Shown here: positions 13,780-27,066 of the stretch, one piece after another | How the letters are laid out: every line of letters begins with the position of its first letter | Numbering within the stretch: the stretch's first letter is position 1 | NCBI GenBank assembly: GCA_023231475.1 | Contig: JALJEE010000537.1 | Span: forward strand, 1 to 64,000 | DNA length: 64,000 nt | Direction of reading: 5' to 3' | From: Seison nebaliae | Taxonomy: Eukaryota | Made by a program: the position numbers and the translations under genes | Notes under the pieces: model-generated | Database searches by the model: none | The model's input: the letters and a program-made list of their open reading frames with translations, nothing else | Told to the model about the DNA's origin: nothing

Positions 13780-16700
13780 TTAATCTTTCCCAAATAAATC
13801 GAATGAATACAAATATCCTTTCGCCTTACTACCTTCCATAATGACGCCTTTCGTCTTCCGAACACGCCACAAATAATAAAGAATCAAAAATAATAAAAGT
13901 GATATACTCGTCACTCCCATCACCATTTCAGGCACAGGATATGGTAACGGACTACTAAGAACATAAACCTAAAAAAAGTTAAGCCGAACTCATAAGAGAC
14001 AAATTAAAAAAAAAACCATAAATTCCGTTCTCAATTCGCAATATGAGAAACCTTTCAATAAATAAACGGAAAAGTGGAATAATCCAGTGGCATCAAATGA
14101 GAGTTTTGCATTTTTCGGATTGAATAAAATGTACTCGATTCCATCTCGTTTCGACGTTTCCAAAATACTGATATTGTCGAATTGGAAACTTTCCGGTAGT
14201 TCATCAGCTAATGGAAATTATCGTTCATGAATTGAAATAATTGAAAAATAAGAAACCGAGAATATGAAATCGTGTCCGTCGATTAAGATCGCCAATATAC
14301 AAAACGTGATTTTCGTTAATATCAACACTTTTTGAATAAACTTCTTCCATGACGAATTTCAACGGAAAAGTATCATCAAATGCAACTTGAAATACTTTTC
14401 TTTTACAATCACTTATCTTTACTGAATCCACTTTCTCCAATTCTTCGTTACATCGACATTCCTTCTTCGATTTCTTCCCCGAACATTGTTTATAGACACC
14501 ACGTCGATAACGACTAATTCGAGGCATAATCATTTTAATTTCCGGATTGCCATTATAAACATTATCAGTTTCATAAATCTTAATACCCAAATCACTCGGT
14601 GGTCGATAATTATCATTTAATGTCACATACTCTCCATCTTCCGGATAGACGAAAACAAGTTTTTTCGATTGGGCACATCGCGCTTCGATGGTAACGAGAT
14701 AAGTGGTAGACGGACAAAATACATTCGACACTTTCAAATGAGCAGTTAATGCCGCAGTCGATGTGATTTTATTTACCGATTCGACATTCATCTCTATATT
14801 TTGTGAGTGAATATCTTTCTCGTATTTACTCTCCGTACTCACTACCACTCCGTCGATATTCGTCAATCGAAGAAACGCCAATGGATGTCTGATGGATAAT
14901 TCTTGTAAATTTTGCATTTTATTCTGATCATAAGAATATGCGGCCGAATAAATATGAAGATGACGTTTTATTTTCTGAGCTACATCCAATTCCACTGCGG
15001 CGTCAGCTCGTGCTCGAACTAAATTTGTACTTTGGACTGTGTAACAATCATCTAAACTCGTTTCTACCATCTAAAATCGTCACAGAAAATTTACAAAAGT
15101 TGAATTAAAGAAAAGTAACTTGATGTTTCGGACAAAATATCCTCCAGTGATTTTTCTTGATAACATTCTTGCGCACTTTGTACAAACCATATAGTTTATG
15201 ATTGATGATCAATATGGAATTCTTATGAAAGAAGATCGTACAACCATTAATCAGCCGTAGAAATTTACTTCTAACGTCCGGTGTTTCAATACCAACTGAA
15301 AATTAAAATTTGAATAAAATTTGAATATTTGTAAAATTTCCAAAATTTAACTTTTCGGATCGATAAATTTAAAAGTTGCTCGATATTCATTTTTACTTTT
15401 AACATCAACATGTAAATCGTGTTTCTTACTAAATTCATCAAAATCCGTTTTCAATTTCGTCGTCGCTGTTGTCACAATCTCCACCGTACTAAAATATGGT
15501 GACGGTTTTAAAATCGGACTGCTTTCGATTTCGTTTCTTAACCGAATTTTTCTTATGAAAATCTTTCCGAAATTCTTTATCAAAATATTATGTCCCACAT
15601 AGTTCGATGTTAATCCTATGATAGTGTTCGTTGGCTTTGCCGTATCGTTGAAGAGAAAGAGTAGAACATGTAACGAACTTAATGGGAAAACGACGAATTT
15701 CTTTCGAAAATTTATTAAATATTTCTTCTCCACTTTCGACAAAGTTTCTCGGTCGAGATACTTCTTATCGAAATATTTTTCGATAAAGATCCCTTTCGTC
15801 GTTCTCCAAAGGATGGGACGACTTTGAAGAATATTCGAATTGTAAAAAGGAAAAACGGTCGTATTGCCGATATTGATGGCTTTGCGAGAAGATTCTTTCC
15901 GAGTCAAAAACATATCTTTTATTCCAATTACTAATAGACTTTCCGTCAATGTCATCATTAATTTCTCTGATGCTTTGATCGAAGCTACATGAACTAATTG
16001 ATCAGGCCCAATTCTCGTCATGAAAATATTATGATCTCGAGTACGAAAGACGAAAAGATCATCATCGAATCCAGTTAAACAATCCACAAAGAAATTATGC
16101 GGTTTCAAAAAACGGAACATTTCGATCCAGTTGTTTCCTGAATCATGAGAAATCCATAATTCATTTCCGTACGCTATTAATATCATGGTCAATTTTTGGA
16201 CACAAATACCATAAACTTTAAAACGTTCAGGAAATGTAAATTTTGGATATGTGGGACGAGAACTTAAAATTAAATCGTCACTATGATCTTCAGTTGGAAG
16301 TAGAAGACGGTAAGAAATTATATTATACGTCTCGTTCATTCTCATCAAAATGACCACCAGATGACCATGAGATAACCATTCCACTTGAATAATCTCACTA
16401 TCAGGTTCACTGAAATTCCTCTTTCTCATTTCCGCAAATGGTGGATAAGTATAATATAAAACCGGTTTCTCATTTCGTACCCAAATAAATAAAACATCTT
16501 CAACTGAACGAAAGAGAGGGTGAAGGAAATGGAGAAGGGAAAAATGTAACTCATTTGATCATTAGCTAATTCGAATTGAAATGGATTACAAGAGAATGCA
16601 TGTAATGTATGAATATTATCAAAGTCTTTAGCAATCCCCTAATGAGAACGATTAAAATTTTTAAATTTACGAAAAATGAAAATTCAAAATTTAAACTTCC

Positions 16701-17753
16701 AAACTTAACACTTTATTCATCTGTAAATTATCACTATGAGGATGAATAATCAATTTATTTCTCGTGTGTAATATCGTCCATTTAGTGGAAGTGAGAATAT
16801 GATTCAATTCTTCAATCTCATATGATTTGCCTGAAAAGAAAGAATTATAAGAGAAATTATCAAAAATTAACTCAATAATCTCTGCAACGATTCCAAACTG
16901 AAAGTTTTTGTATGATATGGTGAGAGGAATGCATCGAATGATAATGACATTAGAATTTGTTTATTTGCTAAATAAATAAAATACGTTTTCAATTTCTAAA
17001 GATAAACTTATTATGACAGCTATTGCAGCATCAGGGAAACATTTCACCGGATATAATTCGAATTTTTTAACATATTCATAGTCTCCAATTGCTTTCACCA
17101 ATTCGTCATTGGGAACCCTTTCGAAATATGTAAACAAGTTAACTAGAATCATCAGAATGTTATCGATTTATAGAGATGATAGAACTAATATACGAAAGTA
17201 TTAGACTTCCGTTACTATGATGTGCTTCCATATCCGCATCTAATCGAACATCTAATTGATATTCTTGATGTGCCACTAACATTGGAATAATTTTAAAGTA
17301 AATTATTTTAAGAATGAAGTAACGCGCAGGAGCAATGTAGAATGTTGGGATGTTTAATTCCCACATTCCATCACCGACGTCAAATCTCCAGGATGCAGTC
17401 CAAGTAACATTGGAAATAGTAATAAGTGGACTAAATCCCAACATCATATAATAATTATTAAGAATTTGTCGATGTTCCACCGTATCATTTGCTACATCGT
17501 AAATTTGACAGTAAATTCTCTAAACATACAATTTCCTCCTATGACTTAACAGACTAACAATTACTTGAAATGCCCCATCAACTACGATGATGTTAGAGAT
17601 TGCACTGTCGAATTTATTTTCTTGAGTAATATGAAATTGATAATTGGCTGGAAATTAAATGAATTTTATAATAAAATAAACATTATTCTATTAACAATTT
17701 CCCCGAACGAATAATACTCGATAAAATGTGATGAAGATGAAGATAATTCTCAT
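13780..17753 (-). CDS. CATSPERB: CatSper channel auxiliary subunit beta-like, multi-exon, roughly 1100 aa
   Basis: Signal-like N-terminus MRIIFIFITFYRVLFVRG. C-terminal region NYRPPSDLGIKIYETDNVYNGNP..YKQCSGKKSKKECRC..SDCKRKV..LFNPKNAKLSFDATGLFHFSV..FSYCELRTEFM|VYVLSSPLPYP plus one TM helix, matching my recollection of vertebrate CATSPERB (NYRPPS.LGI.I..TDN.Y..FKQC..REECNC..SDCREKV..LFHF.V..FC.L.EEF.IYV...PLPFP). Stop at 13782-13780. The middle exon junctions were less carefully checked. Confidence 0.85.
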
Positions 17754-17964
17754 TTCCGTTATACGGTTTTTTTGGTTTGTGTCAATGTTAAGCTCAAAGT
17801 GAAAAGCTAAAAATTAGAAAAATATGTTTCCTCTTAAGTTGATTATTAATGAGTATTGTGTAAATAATATTCCCAAAAAAATTTTTTTTTTTCATTTAGT
17901 GAACATTCTTCTCGTACAATCGTTGTACTCAAATTTTACCGATACTTTCAAATTTCGCAGAAAA

Positions 17965-19647
<1,683 letters not shown>

Positions 19648-21199
19648 CGGATTTTATTCGTGTTGGAAATTGAGCGAAATAAAAACGAAATTTTTTATAA
19701 TTCAAATGAATTAGTTATTTGTTTTATTCCCGTATTGAATCCACTTCTGCATTGTCACCACTTTCTGATCCACTTGCATAAAATGTGTCCGTTTCTATCG
19801 GATCATCTTTCTTCGGTTCTGATGAGACCACCGATAAGTCTTTTCTCGATGTCTCTTCTACATCTTCCAATTCGTCATTGATATTGAATAAACTTGGAAA
19901 TCTCTTCCGAATCGAATTGTAATTTTCTAGAAATTCCGCTTTGTTACTCGACGAGAATTCTCCATGGAATTATAAATTTTTTAAGAAAATTAAAAAATTT
20001 TTTTTTGAAAACAATCCATAAGTAAGAAACTCTATATTTGTCTATTCTTTAATAACAAATAATGGAAAGAAATTAACATTCGCTCATTGCAAATCTTTTT
20101 TTTTAAAATCCCAATATGGGCGATTGCATATTTCCCAGATGGATAATAGGATGAGAATGGATATAAGAAAAGTAATTAGAATATTTATATTTAAACATTT
20201 TCTTCTGTAAACATAAGTTTCCACACAGTATTTTAAATTTCCACAGATCAATATGATGGCTTCATTTTTATTCTTTCTTTTAACTCTCATAACCTCATTG
20301 TTCTACATTCCCTAATACTTTACTTCACCATCATTTACTTCTTCTAACATTTTTTACTTATTCTTCGTTTTACTTATCAAAATCTTTTTCCTAAAAAAAT
20401 AAGAACAGTTTACGTATGAGATACTACGTATTATGGTAGTAATACTAGCACTGTTAAGATAGATAAATAGTCTGTTATATCTGAGCATTAACAGATGATT
20501 CAATGGTCAAACGAACATTTAAGTTTACTGATAGTTAAGTTTTTTTCGTAGTTAATGTTAAGTAATCTTTTTTCAAAGTTTATTTTCTTATATTTTTATT
20601 CTCCTTTTATTTATTTACGAACTACTTTCAACAAAATTCTTCTGGTGACTCTCGATTGATCTTTTTTTATCGTTATAAATTCAAAATTATCTCCTCCATT
20701 CCAGACAACCAAAAGATGTCTAACATTCTTCGGTTTTTATGACATTGTATTCGGTAGTGTATTCTTTGACGATTTTATGGAAACAACGATTTTTTTTCCA
20801 TACGTTCTCGTCAACTTCCATGTAATTTGACTGATGTTCAGATTCCGGAGAATATATGTTCTTCATTTAATTTTTGAATTAATTCATTTCTGATGATAAT
20901 GTATCCAATTTATCATTCAATTACAAGAAGTTGTTTCTTGATCTCGACCTGTTCATTTTCCATCGTTTTTGATTTGCTCTACGTTTATTTTTACCGTGTC
21001 ACGTTTTATCGTAGAAGAAGATTCCAAATTTGGAAGAGTAACGTCATTCCCTATCTCATTCTCTTAAGTACCAGAAAGTAATTTTTGCAACTGTATTGCA
21101 ACGATTGAACTAATAGATTTGCAAATCGAATCGTTGTTTTTTCATTACTCATCTTTTTTTTGTTTTTTAAGAAAAATTTTCTTTTGTCTTTTGTCGAAG

Positions 21200-21635
21200 A
21201 TGGGAAGGAAACGATTAATTGATGAGAGTGAAATCATGAAAAATGAGACGAAAACGAGAATTCTTTGTCTTTATAATATAGTGACGTCGAATGAACTTGA
21301 GAATGATGAAGAGTTTGAAGGTTTTTTTTCCTTCAAAAATTGAATTTTTAAATTATAAAATTCAATTTCAAATATCAGAAATTAAAGAAGATATTGAAGA
21401 TGAATGTATGAAATTTGGAGAGGTCATTCAAGTGGTGATTCCACGTCCAGAACATGACAGAATTCCAACGAATATTCTTAATGATTGTCGAATTTATGTG
21501 GAATTCAAAACGGAGGAAGATAGTTATGCTGCACAACAAGGATTGTCTGGAAGACAATTCAATGACAATATCGTTATCATTCAATATTTTTCGGTGGAGA
21601 AATTCAAAGAAGAAATTTGTCAACAAAACTCTTAA
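21200..21635 (+). CDS. Duplicated U2AF65 UHM (RRM3) module: stand-alone ORF or alternative terminal exons
   Basis: ATG at 21200 directly after a U-rich tract and AAG; intron 21321-21378 retained; open frame MGRKRLIDESEIMKNETKTRILCLYNIV..EE|IKEDIEDECMKFGEVIQVVIPRP..LSGRQF..EEICQQNS*. Expression unknown. Confidence 0.6.
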
Positions 21636-22012
21636 CGGATTTTATTCGTGTTGGAAATTGAGCGAAATAAAAACGAAATTTTTTATAATTCAAATGAATT
21701 AGTTATTTGTTTTATTCCCGTATTGAATCCGCTTCTGCATTGTCACCACTTTCTGATCCACTTGCATAAAACGTGTCCGTTTCTATCGGATCATCTTTCT
21801 CCGGTTCTGATGAGACCACCGATAAGTCTTTTCTTGATGTCTCTTCTACATCTTCCAATTCGTCATTGATATTGAATAAACTTGGAAATCTCTTCCGAAT
21901 CGAATTGTAATTTTCTAGAAATTCCGCTTTATTACTCGACGAGAATTCTCGTAAGGGGAAAACTGATGGAAAAAAATTTTAAATTTTTTGAGAAAATTTA
22001 AAAATTTTTTTT
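21209..22012. repeat. Copy 2 of the ~790-bp segmental duplication
   Basis: Aligns to 19217-20006. The ORF track shows near-identical shadow ORFs at 19660 and 21648. Confidence 0.95.
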
Positions 22013-24095
22013 TAAAATTTTTTGAGAAAAGAGAAAACTATGTTTCGGTTCCACATGTAAATCGATGAGATTTATGTCGACACCATCACTAAATGTTGCT
22101 TTCATTTCGATCATTCCATTTTCGTTTAGTGTCAATACAATTTTGATGGGACTACCTCTCGGTATCATTTCGATCATGGAAATGAGACTGAAAGATAAAA
22201 TCGGTCGCTAATAATTAGAAATGAAAATAAAAAAAAAATAAATTAAAATAATTCAAATGGAATTAAACATTTTTTGCTGTCAACATATGTTTCCCGTCAT
22301 GAAGATTAATACGGAATGAATAAAAACCTCCATCTTTCATAAAAAGTGTTTGTGGAATAGTTATGGGTAGAACGGTATGTTCGTGAATGATGGGAAAAGA
22401 TAAATTATCCATCATAATATTCAATGGGAAGAAAGTTCGTTCTCCCAATAATTGAATAGGAAGATAATGTCGTCGTCCATAATTCGACATCTTCTTATCA
22501 TCTATCACTTCATCTTCTATCGCTTTTAAATATGCATGAATTGCTGTTCGTGATTTATGAAAATATTTAAATTCATATCATAAATCTTCTAACCACATCC
22601 ATACATAACGGTATGTGGCCATTCGGAATAATATTCCACATCAATTCCATCCAAAATCTCTTTCAATTTATTTCGAACGAATTCCAATTGAAATCCTCCA
22701 CCACACGCAACAATATGCTGATGTTTCGAAGAGAAATGTAAAATGAAAATTTTTGTAATAAAAAGAAAGATAATTGTTGGGAGAATATGATGGAAAACCG
22801 AGAAACTTTTAAGTGATGAATCGAATGTAGTTCACTTTTTTTCAAACAACTTTTTATTCCGTTCTCAATCTCATTAATGAGAGGAGCGAAAATTGTATCT
22901 AAAACCGGTTCAAATTGTTGAACAACTGTGCTATATCTAAAAAATATGAGATGTAAATGATTTAGGAAGATATTCTGATGATAATGATGATCTGATGGTT
23001 CCAATACCATACAAATGAATATAATTAACCTTTGTTCTAATGGGATGGATAATGCATGTTTGATGATATTCATCCGTTTTAATTGGAGTGATCTTGTTGA
23101 ACCGAAATTGTAACGAGTCTTCTTTAATTTGGGTAATTCGTTAAACATTTTATAATCATAAAATCTTCCTCCTAAATATCGAAATTATTTGATAAATAAT
23201 TTAAAATTTTAAAATAAAAATCTGATGATTTAATTAACCACAATTCCATCCAACATGTTCATGAATGATTTTCAATTTGCCATTCTCGTCAATTTCGAAT
23301 AGACAACACAAGAAATTCTTATCACTCAATTCTAATAATAAATTATATTGTGAATGGAATTTATACTAAAATTATTCAAATTATATTTCTAATTATTCGA
23401 ATTGAAATTTAAACTGCTGTTAGGAAATTGGAACTACGTCCATTCATTTGTAATTGCCAATAAATGAGATTGGCAGTGGTGGATGAAATTAAATTATAGG
23501 AAGTGAATTCTGCACCTTTCGCTCCATTGGCGAAACATTCACGTTGTCTCGAATTGAACCAAATTGGCACATTAATTGTGGCGATAATGTTAAGATTGTT
23601 CGTTTCAAAATAATCTTCAATTGCCTGACGAATTTGGAGGAAGAAAATCGCTAGAAGTATATCCATTTCGATGACGATTGCTCCCGTACTCTTTTTAATC
23701 GTCAACGAATAGTCGTTCGGTTTGGCGTTATTCAAAAACAAAAATTTATCTTCATTATTATGGAATGGTGCCGACCAATCGATATTGGCAATAATATCTT
23801 CAAACAAATCATAAAACTATTTAATTCATTAAAATCAATTAAAACTATGAAGTCGATAATCATAATGAGGAATCTTCCCAATCGATCGATGATTGAAAAG
23901 TAATGTAAAATAATTCGGAAGATCTTTCGTTTCCGATAATTGTTTACCTGCATGAACATCATGAATTATGGCATATGTCAATCGATAATCGGAATTAGTC
24001 GATTCTCGAATTATATGAATTTTTTCGTTAACGAACACACCGATCGACGTCTTATAATTACCGATATCGATTCCGGTAAAAACGGTTCGGCGCAT
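21712..24095 (-). CDS. Highly divergent Hsp70-superfamily protein
   Basis: GIDIGNYKTSIG (phosphate-1 loop), INVPIWFNSRQRE (cf. VPAYFNDSQRQ), CGGRFYD (cf. LGGEDFD) and PRGSPIKIVLTLNENGMIEMKA (cf. substrate-binding domain PRGVPQIEVTFDIDANGIL), joined across about 7 short introns; stop at 21714-21712. Confidence 0.8.
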
Positions 24096-24174
24096 TTTTC
24101 AATAATTTATAAATAATTTATTTGAAGTAAAATTGTGGAAAAAGAGACATAAATTAATTGAACTTAATCTTAAT

Positions 24175-25090
24175 TTATTCGTCCCATTTTATATGGATTG
24201 GTGCAATCAATCCGGAGAGACCAGTTTGTTCATTCGCTCCTTCCCAATAATTATCATCCGACGCTTTCAAAATGATGATTTTATCATTTTTCTTCAATTT
24301 TAAATTTAAATTTAAATTATTAATCGGAAAATTGATTTTCTAATTTTTCAAAAAATTTAAAGGAAACTTTAAATCGAAGTAATGTATCATCATTCCATAA
24401 GGGATGGTAATGTATTAGAGCAACGGCTTTTTTAGGCAATTGAATATTTGGTGTTAATTTCGCCATAATTTGTGTCAATTCTTTATTTTCATCTGATGAG
24501 AGAATTTTTTATGGATTAATATTAATAATTTGGAAGGAATAATTATTAAACTTTCGTCGAAAGAAATATCAGATCTCCTTTTCACATCGATGTAAGGTGA
24601 AGCTAATTTTAATGATCCTGTACTAATGAGACGGAATGATGACGGAATCAACAATCTAATGATTAACTAAACCGCTCAATGGATTGACTCGATAGTATTC
24701 GATGAATCGTTGCATGGAATCGAATTCCATATTACCAATTTTGAAAGCGATCTCATTTCTCGAATCGATGCTTGGTGCAAATGTGAAATTCTTCAATAAA
24801 TCATTCACATCACTTGAACGATATAACGATAATATGAGAGAGAAAAAATGATGGAAACAGAACACTGAGAACATATTGATCTTCATAGGAATTACTATTT
24901 CTGATAAGATATGTTCCAACTGGTAATTCCAAAAGAATTTTATGTGCTTCATCTCTCGTAATTGATTTGACGAAGGCACTAAAACAAATTCGTTAAACTG
25001 ATGGAAATAGAAGGAAAAAAAATGAAAAAACTTATTGAAATAAGAATCTTTCTTCAATTTCTCATTAATCGCTTCACATGGAGAGAACAT
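24175..25090 (-). CDS. Crk-like SH2-SH3 adaptor (single SH3)
   Basis: Spliced product has SH2 ITRDEAHKILLELPVGTYLIRNSNSYEDQYVLSVL..FKIGNMEFDSMQRFIEYYRVNPL (cf. Crk [23 protein letters not shown]) and SH3 AVALIHYHP..LRFK|KNDKIIILKASDDNYWEG..TGLSGLIAPIHI; five introns. Confidence 0.8.
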
Positions 25091-25242
25091 TCTGTGGACG
25101 AATAAAAATTAAATAAATCAAATTTTTTAGCAAAAAAAATTTAAATGTTTTTACCAAAAAAAAATTTAAATATTTTCTTTTGAAAACAAAAAGATAATCA
25201 ACAAAAAAGATAATCAACGAAATAAAATTTTTATTAGAATAA

Positions 25243-26065
25243 TCATTTAATCAATCCATCACTCTTCAATTTATCGATTAATTCATCGACTGATTCCAAT
25301 TTGATTCCAACACTTCTTTTCGGCGGTTCACTCACACCCAAATTCGTTTGTCTCTCGTCAAATTTGATATCTAATTCACTTAAGCTCGTTTTCTTCATCG
25401 GTTTCTTTTTCGCTTTCATGATATTGGGCAATGTAGCGTATCGTGGTTCGTTCAATCGTAAATCTGAACTGAAGACACAAGGCAAATCCATTTTGAGAGT
25501 TTGGAGACCACCGTCAACTTCTCTTGTGATTTGAACGGATTTCCCGTCGATTTTCACTTCACTTGCACAAGTGGCTTGTGGCCATCGGAGATAGCCAGCT
25601 GCCATAGCAGCTGTGTGTGAAGAATCGTCATCGATCGCTTGTTTCCCAACAATTAACATATCAACTTTTTCATTTTCTGCAATTTTCGAGAGAACTTTCG
25701 CAACATGAATCGGTTGTAATTTCTTCTCATTCTCCTCTTCACTCACTACACAATGAATTGCACGATCTGCCCCTATCAAATGTAAAGTAAATAAATTTTT
25801 TTTTATTTATTCTACGAGAAGAAATGAGACCTAAAGCTAAAGCATTACGTAATGTCTCTTGGGATTTGGTAGGACCACATGTTACACAGATCACTTCCTT
25901 AGCTATCTTCTTTTCTTTGAGACGAATGGCTTCTTCAATGGCGATCTCATCAAACGGATTCATCGAATGTTTCACACCTTGTGTCACTACTCCTAATCCA
26001 TTCGGTTTCACTTGAACTTTCACTGCATAGTCAATCACCCGTTTCACCCCGACAAGAATTCTCAT
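25243..26065 (-). CDS. ETFB: Electron transfer flavoprotein beta subunit
   Basis: [74 protein letters not shown]; one intron 25773-25830. Confidence 0.97.
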
Positions 26066-27050
26066 TATGATATGTATATGATATTTTGAATTTGCACTTC
26101 TTCCTGTTCCTCCGTCTCCCTAAGTGTGGAACGGCTCAAATTTCAATTTCTTTATCAGATCATTCGATTTAACAGGAAATTAATTTTTTTTAAATTTTTA
26201 TTTTTCCTTTTTAACCACCAAAATTCAATTTTGAAGATTATTTATGATATTCAATTTACGATTTTTGATGAATATTTATGATTTATAATTATGATTTTAT
26301 TTCAATTATATAATGGAATTAATTTTTAATTTTTACCAAACTTTTATTAAAAAATTAAATAGTTCCAACGTTTTTTTCTTTTCTTTATTTTATACGTACT
26401 AACACATAATAATAAAATTATAAGAAAGAAATTAGTGTTAGAAACCGTCTGAATTTCCATTAAATTTATTTAATATTAGCGATTATCGATAACACCAGAA
26501 GTAGGGAACAGTTTTGAGAGTTTCGAAAAAGTGTTGAGTTAATAAAAAATATTCATAATTTCAATTATGTTACTTATTCAGAGGAAATATGGTTCACCTC
26601 CAAAAAAGTTTTCTCTTCTCTTGAACAGTTTTGTTCTTCCTCTATTTCCATTGATTCATCGATTTGGGAGGAAGTATGCAATCATTCGCGCCCTAACGAT
26701 GTTTATGGGAATTATTTGGCAATCGGCAATGACTTTCTTATAATCTGGTGAATTAGAATGAATTCTCTTCGAAAAGTAATTGAATGAAATTTAATTATTT
26801 TAAATTGTCAGCAATTAATTCGAATTGATGGAAGGAAAGTATGGGCAGAATTGCTTTTGTTCATTCCCCGTGCACTCTTCTGCGTGTCATTGAATAACCG
26901 ATTACATTCCTATTAGAGATGAAGGAAAATTATTCGTATTTAATTATTCGGAACTAATGTAATATTTTTTGTATGTTGAGAAGGTTAAATTAAAAAAAGG
27001 AGAACACGTACATTTATGATCGAACGAATAAGTAATGCATTAAATCAAAC

Positions 27051-27066
27051 TGACTGACTGACTGAC
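27051..27066. repeat. (TGAC)4 microsatellite
   Basis: Read directly; a related complementary CAGT run occurs near 37496-37510. Confidence 0.8.

Noticed and set aside
19660..19881. Twin 73-aa plus-strand ORFs at 19660 and 21648
   Set aside because: They are antisense shadows of the Hsp70-like last exon, copied by the duplication.
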